Source: Peribolospora baueri (lineage: Eukaryota). From it: a stretch of 64,000 nucleotides of DNA. Location of the stretch: the NCBI GenBank assembly GCA_029717555.1, contig JAMDHS010000024.1, positions 186,001 to 250,000 of the forward strand, read 5' to 3'. Positions 12,282 through 24,835 of this stretch are shown in pieces (position 1 is the stretch's first letter; each line of letters begins with the position of its first letter). The position numbers were made by a program, and so were the translations under genes. The notes beneath the pieces are model-generated. The model was not told the DNA's origin, made no database searches, and worked only from the letters and a program-made list of their open reading frames with translations.

Positions 12282-14782
12282 ATGGATTCCTGGCAGTCGC
12301 CTCTCTCTAGGTGAGTTATGGTAAACATGCAGAATGACGAGGACAGAGAGATCGGAAGGCGGGGGAGGGATCGTTTGAGAACAGAAAAAGAACGGCTCCC
12401 TCGGCCGGCTGACTTGCGCTGCCTTCGCCGTATCTCACCCGCCTACCAGCCGCTATGCGAGCAAGGAGATGAGCTCGCTCTTCTCCAATGCTGTGAGTCT
12501 CATCGAACATTTAGGGCCCTTCATCGGATGAACGTCCATCCCTTGACTTTCCTTGCGGTCTTTCTCTCACCCATTTCCGCTCTACGCCTCCCCTCGTGTT
12601 CTTCCCATGCTGCGCAGACCCGCTTCTCCACCTGGCGTCAACTCTGGCTCAACCTCGCCATCGCGGAGAAAGAGCTTGGTCTTGACATCCCCGATGAAGC
12701 TATTGAGCAGATGAGGACTAATCTGGTGAGTAGGCTGGCTCGGTGCGGCTAAGTTCGCGCCTTCGCTCGTCTCCCTTCCATGGTGCCGCGGCGACATGGC
12801 CATGAGGGCACAAGTCAAGGCGCTTGTGCGTTGTGAGACGACCGTCAATTTGTTTTCTCATGCAAGTCCTCGCCTTCTCGTGCTGGAACCCGTCGGCTTT
12901 TTCCATTCACCGAATGCAGACCCTCGACGAAAAGCAGATGGCCATGGCGGCGGAGGAGGAGAAGAAGCGACGACACGACGTCATGGCGCATGTCCACGTC
13001 TTTGGACAGATCGCCCCCAAGGCCGCTGGCATTATTCAGTGGGTTGGGATACGAGGAAATCTTGCAGTCCATCCACTCCCCGGAATTTATCTCACCGGGT
13101 GCCCACCCCACCGCCTCTGCCTTTATCCCCCCTCCCCACCCCCACCCCCGCGCCGAGCAGCCTTGGCGCGACCTCCTGCTTCGTAACAGACAACGCAGAT
13201 CTTATCTTCCTCCGCCGAGGACTTGACCTGCTCCTTCCCAAGCTCGCCATCGTCATTGCGCGTTTCACCGCCTTCGCCGAAAAGTATAAGGATCTCCCGA
13301 CGCTCGGTTTCACTCACTTCCAACCTGCCCAGCTCACCACGGTCGGGAAGAGAACAACGCTGTGGATTCAGGTGAGGGGAAAATGCTTGTCTAGGGCCTC
13401 GACTCTAATCAAACCGTCTCTGAAATGTCCCATTGTGCCGTCGATCTGATCCTTGCTATTCGGCCTTTGATCTCGCCGCAGGACCTCCTCTGGGATCTGC
13501 GCAACATGACGAGGGCCCGTGACGACCTCGGCTTCCGTGGTGTAAAGGGCACGACGGGTACGCAGGCCAGCTTCTTGGCTCTCTTTGACGGCGATCACGA
13601 TAAGGTGAGTCTGGTAAATTCGAACTCACCACTCGTCGCCATCGAGGCACAGTACTGTCTGTCTTCGTGACTTGCTTTTGAGTTGGGGCATCGTTCCTGA
13701 TCGCCTTCCTGATCGCGTCTTTTACAAGGTCGAGCAATTGGACGAGCGCGTCACCGAGCTCTCCGGTTTCCCCTACGCCTATCCAGTCACGGGACAGACG
13801 TACAGCCGCAAGATCGACGTGGACGTGATCAACTCCCTGACTTCGATGGCCTCCTCTGCGCACAAGCTTGCGACGGACATCCGGCTCCTCTGCAACCTCA
13901 AAGAGGTCGAGGAACCGTTCGAAAAGGACCAGATTGGCTCGTCCGCCATGGCTTACAAGCGAAACCCTATGAGAAGTGAGAGGGTCTGCGGCTTGGCGAG
14001 GCATTTGATGGGATTGGGTGGACACGCGGGCATGACCCAGGCCGTCCAGTGGTTCGAGAGGACTTTGGATGACAGGTGAGTCACGCAGTTTGCTGGGAAG
14101 CACGTACATACGTTCTCCGTGTTTTTGGACAAGCTCCCGCTATTAGGTTATTGGGTCACGCCGGGTTGTGTCATTTCACCCTCTCATCCTCCTTCTTGTT
14201 CTTCTATTGCCCTCCCAGCGCCAACCGCCGTGTCCTTATTCCCGAAGCCTTCTTGACGGCAGACATTATCCTCTCTGTCCTCCAAAACATCTCCGAAGGA
14301 CTCGTCGTCTACCCCGCCATCATCGCCCGAAGGATCGGAGAGGAGCTGCCGTTCATGGCCACCGAGAACGTCATCATGGCCATGGTTCGCGCTGGCGGGG
14401 ACAGGCAGGTTTGTCATGAGAAGATCAGGGTGCTGAGTCATCAGGCTGCTCGGTGAGTGTTGGCAGGGCGGGATGGCGAACGATTGAGCTCCATGACCCA
14501 TCTGACCGTCCTTCCTTTCCCATTTACCTTCGTTCTCCCCGTTTATCCCTTCACAGCGTGGTAAAAGAGGAGGGCGGCTCGAACGACCTGATCGCGCGAA
14601 TCCGCGCTGACCCCTACTTCACCCCCATCCACTCCCGCCTCGACGCCCTGCTCGAGCCATCCACCTTTATCGGCAGAGCTCCGCAACAGGTGGACTCGTT
14701 CGTCCAGAAGTGGGTCAGGCCTGCGTTGGAGCCTTGGAAGGCGCAGGTAGAGAGGGCTGCGAAGGTCGAGTTGAACGTGTGA
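12282..14782 (+). CDS. ADE13: Adenylosuccinate lyase (multi-exon)
   Basis: [69 protein letters not shown], fumarate-lyase signature [24 protein letters not shown]. Confidence 0.97.
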
Positions 14783-15631
14783 GCTTGGTTTTGGCTGTAG
14801 CGGACGATGATGCGTAGGCGGTTTGTACAGGTGGCTCGGTTGAGCTCGAACTACTATGCCAAGACCGCTCGTCTTCTTGGCTTGTCGGAGGAAAAGGCTG
14901 AGGCGCTCCGGCGAAGCGGCTCAGAGGGATGATACATAGACGCCGCCTCAATGAACGAATGTAGATCTGATTAGACAAACCATGCTCTCAGATGGTGCCC
15001 GTCGTTGACCTATCGCTGCACGGAGCCGAACATTTCGGTTTCCGTGCGCGGTGCGCTGTCGACGCTCCCAGGCAACTGTGCGCAGCTGTGCGTGGGGGTA
15101 TACGGAAGACCCGTCACGTTCATCTACCATGACCTCCAGTAGCCGGAACCATCCGCCAGGAGGAACGAAAGCGTCCAGGCGCTTCTGCCGCAGCCGCGAA
15201 TGTCGACGACGCTCGTCAATCAAACCACCACCGCGCAATTCTTTCCCACTACCACACCGAGACAAACGGACAAAGCTTGGTGAGTACGGTCGACATCGAC
15301 GGAGAAGTGAGGGAAAGGCAGGAGAGATGGAAGCGCTCGATTTCTCCCTCCTTTGCGCGGTCGAGCTAGCGGACTCCGGAAGGTCCCTTTGGAGAACTAC
15401 TCTGTTGTCCATGCTCTCAGATTTACCCCTTCCTTATCTCTTTCTTTTTTCCCTCCCAATTCTTGCGTTGGTTCCTGTTCTCGACCCTTTGCGGATACCT
15501 ACCCAACATGACCCGGCTTGACGTCGGTATCGTTCCTTCTGGTCGGTCCGCTCTCGCTGTGCACGCTTGCTGGCCGGCCTCGCCTCTCCCTTCTTTGTTA
15601 CAATTTGTCTCATAATAGTGACACAACAGAC

Positions 15632-16548
<917 letters not shown>

Positions 16549-17121
16549 AAAGGAAAAGGAAAGCGTCAGTCCGATCACAACGGGTATCGCGGTGCGCCTT
16601 AGCCGGAATCGCGTGGCACGAGTAGAGTCAGAGGCGGCCATGTCGCGGGTGCGGATGTTCAAGTAGCGAAGCCAAATGTAGTGGAGCCGTCTCATACCCG
16701 AGCGGGATGGTTTGAAAAATAACGCCATTTTCTTGTCCACGCCAGCCAAGCTGGACAAAGCTCGTGACGACGCCGGCATGACGGCGACGTCGGCCGGAAC
16801 ACTTTAGCAGTTAACTTGACTTGGACCGAGCCATTGTCCATTTTTATTAACTGAAAGGTTCAACCACGAGACAGGGAAAGACAGACGAAGGAGAACGGAA
16901 GCGGAGGAAAGAAGGGACTGCCGCCGCGCTTCTTCCGATCACGAGACTGCCGGTGGAGACGGCAAATAAAAAGAGAGACTTGACCCGTCCCTCCTCTTTC
17001 TCTTCGAACATGGTCCTATTTCCGCTAAAAAAACCCCGAGGTGGGGCGAGAGGTTTGAACACGGGACCGACGATCGACGACCAACGGACGACGGACGACG
17101 GGGGGTTGAGCGAGCGAGGGA

Positions 17122-20100
17122 TCAGCGGTACATGTCACTCGTCTCGGCGTTTGCCATGAACCTCCAAACGGCCTCGACGCCCAGATCCTCCGGGTCGTCC
17201 TTGAGGCTGATCTCGGGCTCGGCGCCGGGGGAAGGCGGCGCGCCTTGATAGAGCATTTTGCCCTGAAAGGGGATAGATAAGATTGGGGGGGGGGGGGGGC
17301 GGAGAGAGCGAAGGCCGATGAAGAAAGGAGGAGGGGAGGGAAGGAAAAAGGGATGATGAGCGGGGAAGAGCAAGAGGAGACGAAAGCAAAGTCGGTCGGC
17401 CGGCCGGCTCACCAATCCCAGGGAGAGCTTGATCATCGGCGGAGCGGGCCTGAATTCGGCCATCTCCCACTCGTCCTCCTCCTCTTCTTCTTCTTCTTCT
17501 TCGTCTCCACTACCTTCAGCTCCCTCGCGTCCGCGCTCGGCCGAGTCCGCGCGTCCGACCTTGGAATGGCTATTTTCTTCCCCATTCGTCGAATCGGCGT
17601 GCCACTTGCCAGACTTGAGCTTCCTCCTCACCTCTTCCCACTCCCGTCTCTCCCTCCTCTTCACCTCGGCCCTCTCCTCCCTGTCTATGCTCCTCAACAC
17701 GTTCTTCGCCGCCACGTCCGCCATCCCCCAAGCCTGGTAGCCGGCCTTGATGGCGCCGAACGCGTCGACGCAATCGCCGATCGCGTACACGTTCGGCCAT
17801 CGTTCCGTCAGCGTCAGCCCTTCGTCGTCGTCGGCGTCGTCGCCCTTGTCCGCCGCTCCATGCTCCTCCCCGGCCCGATGACGATGCGCCCTCTTCCTCT
17901 CCAACTCCTTCCTCTTGCTCTCTTCGATCGCACACGCACACGCACACGTGCCTCCGTTCGGAGCCGCCTCGCAAAACGGCAAGGCCTTGGGAAGTTCGGT
18001 GAGAGAGGAAGGAAAGGAAGAGCGGATGACTTGGAGGGTGGACGAGACGCGGACGAGCTTTGTGAGAGGGTCGATGGAGGAAGGGGAGAGGCTGGCGAGC
18101 ACCGACGAGCACGGCTTTTGGCCCGTGCACAGCAGCTGTTCGAGTAAGAGGATAGGAGGATGGTGAGGCGACGACGAAGGAAAGGACAGACAGAGGTCGG
18201 AATGAAGCACAGGCGAAACTCACCAGCAGGTCAGCCTCAAATTCCTTCCCGCCCGTCGTCCGTACCCGCTTCCTCTTCCCGCCGTCTCCAAATCCGCTAG
18301 GCCCATCTTTCTCCCACTCCCTACTCAAACAGATCCGTTCGCCGAGCACGACTTCAACGCCCAGTTCCCGAAGGCGGGAGAGGACGATGTCATGTATGCG
18401 AGGGTCGAAGGAAGGGAGGAGTTGCTTGCGCGAGTGGATCAGTGTGACGCGCTTGGAAGGGCCGTGATGCGAGGCTATGTCGGTTGCGAATTCTGAGAAA
18501 CGGGAAGAAGAAAAAGGCGCCGGGCGCGGGGGGGGGAGGACAAGTGGGCTCGTGTTAGGGATGCGTCTCAGCAAAGGGCAGCCTGGATCGATCAGACATG
18601 AAGAGCGCGGACTCACCGACGCCCAAAGCGCCTCCACCGACGATGACGACATCTCCAGCCTCGTTAACCTTTCTCTGACACTCTTTCATCCATTCCATGC
18701 CTGCCTTCTTCGTCCTCGCCTCCGTCCGGAGCGGGTCGGGGAGGTGTGAGCCGAGGGCGTAGATGAGGTGGGTGTACGGTATGCGGACGGAATCGGAATC
18801 GGATTCGGATTCGGAGGACGGCGAGGCGGGCTGGACGACGACGTGGGTAGGCGTGATGTGCTTGGCAGTCGCGTGGAGGACGAGGTGCGGGTGAGCATCC
18901 TCGAAGCCCTCGGCCACCTTTTCCGCGCCTCCATCGTTCTCTTCCACCGCGTCTTGCAGATCCCCACCAGACCCTGACTCGACTTGGACCTCGACGTCAG
19001 CCAAAGAAGAAAACGACGACGAAGAAGAAGATCTTGGCCGACCTTGTTCGTCGGCACCGATCTCCGCTCTCGCCTCGGTCTCTTTGCGCGCCTCTCCGAG
19101 CTGCTTGACCTCCATGAGAGGCCGCCGCTCTCCTCGATTCTCATCGCCGGAAGGTAAAAGCGCATTTGGCGCGACTGCGGGCCGGGCGCCGCGGGACAAG
19201 GCGAGCCTCGTCTTCTTCGAGGCGACGAAGGGGGGGTTATCAGAGGACGTGGACGGCTCGGAGGAAGCATCAGAGGAGGAGGAAGAGGGAGAGGAGGAGG
19301 AAGAAGACGAAGGCGAGGATGCAGAGACGGGAGCGGAGATATCGGACGTGGATCGAAGGGAAGGCGAGGAAGCGGAGCCGGAGCCGGAGAGAAGAGAAGG
19401 GCCATGGCCATCGACGACTTGCTGTATGCTCGCGCTGCCCGAGTACGTGACATGCTGTTGTGGCTCTCCTTGGGCTTGGACTTGGCCTTGGCGCGCCGAG
19501 GCTCGCCTCTTGGACCTCTGCCTCTGGAGACGGCCAAAGAAGCTGGCCTTGCCGTCGTCGGCGCCCTTGCGCGTCATTCTCGGCGTGACCTCGCCGGGGG
19601 CTAAACGTTCGAACGAGTGCTTGATGGACAGAGTGTGTGGGTGCGCTGCGGAGAAAGGGGGCGGGGAAGGGGTGCGGGAGACGGGTCGAGAAGGGGCTTT
19701 GCCGAAGAGGTCTGTATAGGGGATGAAAGCCTTGTGCTCGTGTCCGGGCACGACGCCGAAGCGGGGGAAGACGTAGAGGTCTATCCGGCGGGGGGCGGAA
19801 GCGATGAGCGTCGGGGCGAGGAAGCATACACGAAAAGAGGATACGCACGATTCATGTGGCTATTCCGTTCGACAAGGATGACGCGATGCGAGGGTGGAAG
19901 ACGCTGGGCGAGGACGGTGGCTGCGTGGGTGCCTGATGAGCGCGAGGCGAAGAGAGGCGAGGCGAGGCGAAGAAAGGGATGCAATGGAGAAAGAGAGCGC
20001 GGAAAGTAAGACGACCTATCGCTCCATCAAAGCGTGCGTCCGAGGCGCATGATGCTCGGGAACGGCGAAGGGGGTAAAACGGGGGAAAGAGAAGAAAAAG

Positions 20101-20215
20101 CGAACTGACCGCCATAGCTGCCACCTAAGATGACGACATTCTTCGTCCCCTCGCCAAGCGCCTTGAACGAGGACGGGGACGGGGCAGGCCCGAGGGCGGC
20201 GGCGGACGTAGGCAT
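17122..20215 (-). CDS. AIF/AMID(FSP1)-like FAD/NAD(P)H oxidoreductase with long low-complexity insertions
   Basis: NVVILGGSYGG (FAD), VILVERNSH, AFIPYTDLF, YTHLIYALGS, VVIVGGGALGV (NAD), VTLIHSR, NVYAIGDCVDAFGAIKAG, MIKLSLG, spread over several GT-AG exons. Confidence 0.85.
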
Positions 20216-21318
20216 GGGCGAGGGAGGTGGAGGATGAGAGGAAGGCGAGAGAGGAAAGGGTGGGCGCGACGAAGAAGGGCGGGAAGAAGGTTGTGAGGGA
20301 GGGAGGGAGGGAAAGAGGAAGGGAAAGAAGAGACGCGCGCGGTGGACGGTGGCGCGAGAAGACGGAGGAGAGGGCGTTTGGGCGAGCGACGGCGGGTGTC
20401 TCGGGTGATCGGAGGGAGGAGAAGGTGGGACTGTGTGGTGGTGGTGAGCAGAGGAGGGAAGAGCGAACGCGAAGATCGGCGAGTAGTTGGGCTTGCCGGC
20501 GGGAGTGGTAGTGGTAGTAGGAATGGGTCGGGAGAAGGGAGAGGGAGATTTGATTGATCGCTAATCAGATGTGGGTCAAATCCAAATCCTTCCTTCTTCC
20601 CCGACCGGGACCGGTGCGGTGCGCGATTTGCAGCCGATACAAACACCACGGCACGACACGGCGCGGATCGCCCTGCCCGGCCCGGCACACGCCTCCGTCA
20701 CAAGGCCAAATAGCAGACCGACCAGAGAGAGGCACGCCGCAGCGAAGAGCGAGCACGCTCCAACCCACCCGACCGACCGACCCGACGGGACGCGACGCAC
20801 GCGGGCGGGACATCCAAAAGCGAGAGCGAGAGCGAGGTGTGAGGGAAGAAAAGGAGAAGGAGAAAGAGAAAGAGGAGGCGCTCCAAATCCGTCCGTCCGT
20901 CCAGTCGTACGTTCCGCGTGTGGTCTGTCGCCGTCGCGTTCTCGGAAGGACGGCCCTCTTTCCTTCTCACCAAGCTCACGATCGAAAAGGAGAAAAGAAA
21001 AAGAGAAAAGGAGAAAGCCCTCCCAGTCCCAGTGCTCCGCCGGCTAAAGAAAGAAAAAAAAAAAAAAAGGAAAGGACAAGAACACAGCACAGAAGAGAGA
21101 GGACGGTCTTCTCTTGTTCGACTGCTCAGAATAAAATACAGGGCCGAAGCGAGTTGAGGCGAGGCGAGTGCGAAGCTTCGAGGCCAAGAGAGAGGCGAGG
21201 CGAGTGCGAGGAAGGAGTGGATCGGAGGAGGGGGACGGGCAAAGACGGTAGGCAGGCAGGCGCACGCGTGGGCGAGGGCGGGCGATCAGATAAGATAGCC
21301 CCGGCGATCGCGTCGCCA

Positions 21319-23723
21319 TCATTGCAGCGGCTCGCTGCTCGTGGAGAGGCGATTGAGGTGAAGGTACACGTCTGTGCCGTACCTGGCCCATCCGAAACGG
21401 CGTTCACACGGAAGGCGCGCCGACGTCAGCGACTCTTACGTCCTTCCAGCAAGCAAGCAAGCATGAAGACGGCTGGTGATCGCACTCACCCCTCCATCGA
21501 GATGAGCTTGAGATCTCCGCCGAAATACCGTGCGTACTTGCGGGGGGGCGGCGAGGGAAGGAAAAAAACGAGCGGGAAAAACGGGTCAAGCAGGGACAGG
21601 ACGACGTCAGCGGCTGAGCGTCATCAAGGGGGCACGACCAGACAGACAGAGGCAAGCTCACCAGCCGAGCCAGCGGCAAACCGTACCCGAACCCAGCCAT
21701 CGGGGCCTTGAAATCGGTCGCTGCGAAATCAGGGTCTGCGAAAAAAAAGGAGGATGGCGAAAGACACGTCAAGGCTCGTCCACCACACCCGAGTCGACAT
21801 CAGCGGGAGCGCTCATCGCCATGAGGGAGGGGAGGCGAGGCAAGTGGGTCGGTCGGTCGGGCATGCTCCGTTCGTCGTCACTCACCGAGGCCTTCGGGTT
21901 GGGCGGTGGTGTACATGTACGTCCACACGAGGGGCATGGCGCTGAACGACAAATGTGGGGATGCGAAACGACCGCCCGTCAGCTCGAGCGCGATCACGAT
22001 CGCGGAAGCGCGAGCGACAAAGACACACCTTCGCGGGATCCCGCCGCCCTCGTCGGTAATCTTGATCGTGATATCTTCCTGCCCCTCCACGACGATCACC
22101 TTGATGGGCGGAAAGTGGTCTTCTGCCTCCACGCCATGACGCTCGACGACGGCTCGGAGCGAGTTTTTAAGGAGCTCGAAGAGCATGTGCTGAAGAAAGA
22201 CGGGAGGGTTCCGAACGGTTCAGCGTCCCTGCCGAGGCCCCAGGAAGAGCGAGCGAGCGGTAGAGCGCCTCGAGGACGTTCGGGTGGAGGACAACTCACG
22301 TTCAAGTGGCTCGGCAGGTACATGAACGTAAGGTTCTTTGGACAGACGAGCTGAACGGGCGGGCCCTTGAAAAGGCCATAGTGCTCCTCGCAGACGAATC
22401 GGGCGTTTTCGATGGCCTCATGGGCGATTTCCCGGACGTCCGTGTTGGTGCAGATGATGCCCACGTACTCCTCCGCCGGCGCCGCATCCGCCGCCGTCTT
22501 GCGTCTCCGGTGCGCGTCCCGGGACGACGGCGCGGAAGAGGCGTAGTTGAGGGCGATGTGTTGGCCGATGAGGATCCGGATACCGATCCGGGACATGTAG
22601 AACCGGTCTAGGAAATCTTGCACGTGCGAGTCGATGTTCGCTCCCGCTCGCGCTTTCTTGTATTCCAAAACGCCTTGGGCTGGCGAGCGAACGAGCGAGG
22701 AAGAGAGGAGGAAACTTGGGTGAGACGCCGAGTGGTCGGGCATGGGGCCGGCGTGGGCCTCCACCGGGAGGGAGGCACACGCCGTCCGTCCCACTTACCG
22801 ACCGTGGTCACGACGGGATCGTGTCTCTTCTTAATGTTCTCGAGCAGCCTCGTGAAATTTTCGTTGTAGTCGTGCACTTCTGGAGGCCAGTCTATGTTGG
22901 CGGGGTTGGCATAGTATCTGAAGGCGTGCGGGAGACGGGTGCGGTCAGCATGGAACGGTGAGACGCCGGCTCGGCAGCGAGAGCCTCGCTTCTGACTGAC
23001 ATTGACTCCAACGGGATCCTCCGCTTCAGGGCCCCCTCCTTGCCACCAGCCCCGTTGCCGTTCCTCCGACTCGGCTTCGTCGTCGCCTCGAGCATGCTCG
23101 GGTTCGGCGTCGTCTCCGGCAGGTGCGCGTGGTTGGAGTTTTGCAGGGCCTCTCGTACGGCGGAGGGGATCGTCGGTGGGGGGAAGTTGATGAGTTCCTA
23201 AGGACACGGGCGGGATGTGGGTAAGGGGGTCACTCGGTGATTGGGCCGCCGAGAAAAAGGACTCACTTCGAACGACTGGGCATACCAGTTCTTGACCTGC
23301 GGGGGGGGGGGGGGGGGGGGGGGAAACCAGAGACCGGGGGGGGCATGAGCGACCAGTCGGTCTATCTAGTGCGACGGCCGGGAGGCGAGTGAAGAGGCAA
23401 GAGCACGCACCTTGATGATAGAAGGCATCTTGGAGAGGTCGTTGGGGAGCTCGTCCAGCTCCTTGACGCGATGTGCGAGCCGAACGGGGAGCTCCTCTGC
23501 GGACGAACAGGCGGGCGAGAAGGGAGTGAGCGGGAGGCGACGCTTGACCCGGCTCGAGCGTCCGTGTCTACTCACCAGCCAAGAACCGGCTGGCCTGCAA
23601 GAGCGTGCCCTGGCTGGGGTGCTTGCCGAACTGGACCATCTGCCTGAGGGAGACGCCGGTCTGAGGGAAGGAGGCAAAGTGCCTGATCTTGGAGGCGAGG
23701 CCGGGGGTGATGTTGAACACCAT
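21319..23723 (-). CDS. Mitochondrial pyruvate (alpha-ketoacid) dehydrogenase kinase
   Basis: FASFPQTGVSLRQMVQFG, EELPVRLAHRVKEL, FLDRFYMSRIGIRILIGQH, MLFELLKNSLRA, DEGGGIP, MAGFGYGLPLARL, GTDVYLHL. Many short exons. Confidence 0.93.
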
Positions 23724-24743
23724 CTTGCAGGCCGTCCGTGCGTTCTTCGTACGGCCGCTCGTGCTCGTTCGCCTGCCCTCCGTCCGGGGTGTGTGGTGTG
23801 GAGGGTGGAGGGAGAAGGGTAGAAGCGGGGAAGGAGGTAGGGCGAGCCAGCTTGACTCGTGTGAGCAAAGGAAGGACGGCGAGGTGCGGAGGCAATTGGA
23901 CGACGGTGGCCGGGGCGATCGACGGCTGATGAGGGGGCGATGGAGGGGTTCGGAGGACGCTGACGACGTTGACGACGAGCGGGGTCGTCGAACGGCTGGG
24001 CTGGCGTTGTCTTGGCGTAGCTCTGCGCTGCTCAGCTGTCGGTGGAGTGCTGGTGTGTGTGTGTGCGTCTGTCCAACTATCTGTCCATCTCTTTCTTTCT
24101 TTCTTTCTTTCTTTCTGTCTGCCTGTCTCTCTCTCCGTCCATCTCTCCCTCGCACCGGGCGGGCGATGGCCGTGAATACCGGGGCACGACGAGCCGGAGC
24201 GATCGGACGGAGGCGGGGCTCCTCGTGGCGGCCATCGGAGCAGACCGGGATGGACCGGCTGCGAGCTGAGCCGGTCGATGCCGGGGCGGGGGACGACGGC
24301 GATCACGCGCAGACGAGGCGAGGGCAACGATGTGAGTGAGCGCAAGCAAGTGGGTAGCGACTGATGAGCGATGAGCAATGGAATGCTGGATCGTGACGGA
24401 AGGACGAACGGACGGCCGTGGAAGGATCGCAGCGTCAAGTGCCGACTCACACCTCATCCATCTCGGCCAGTACTTAAAGAGGTAAGCCTCGGCATTCCGG
24501 TCCAGCGTCTCTCCCTCCCAACGCCCGCCGTCGTCTTCATCCATCCTATCCGCATCCTCGGCGAGAGCGAGTACGTATAAGGAAGTGAGTAGCCTCGTCC
24601 ACTCCGGATCTCCGTCCTCGCTCCTCCTACGCTCCCGCCCCGCAAGCCAAGGCCCGCGCTGACCGACATCTTCTCCCCTCGCCTCCGTCGTCACGCCGAT
24701 CGAAGACACACAGCTGAACAGCTTCAGGTGCACGAGCGTACGG

Positions 24744-24750
24744 TATAAAA
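24744..24750 (+). promoter_or_regulatory. TATA box of malate synthase
   Basis: Canonical TATAAAA about 90 nt upstream of the malate synthase ATG, in otherwise very GC-rich DNA. Confidence 0.6.
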
Positions 24751-24835
24751 CGGCCAGCCACCCATACTTGAAGCCGTCCCGCTGTCTCTCACATCCCCTC
24801 TAACTGTCGCCACCGCCAGCAACCTACTACCCATC

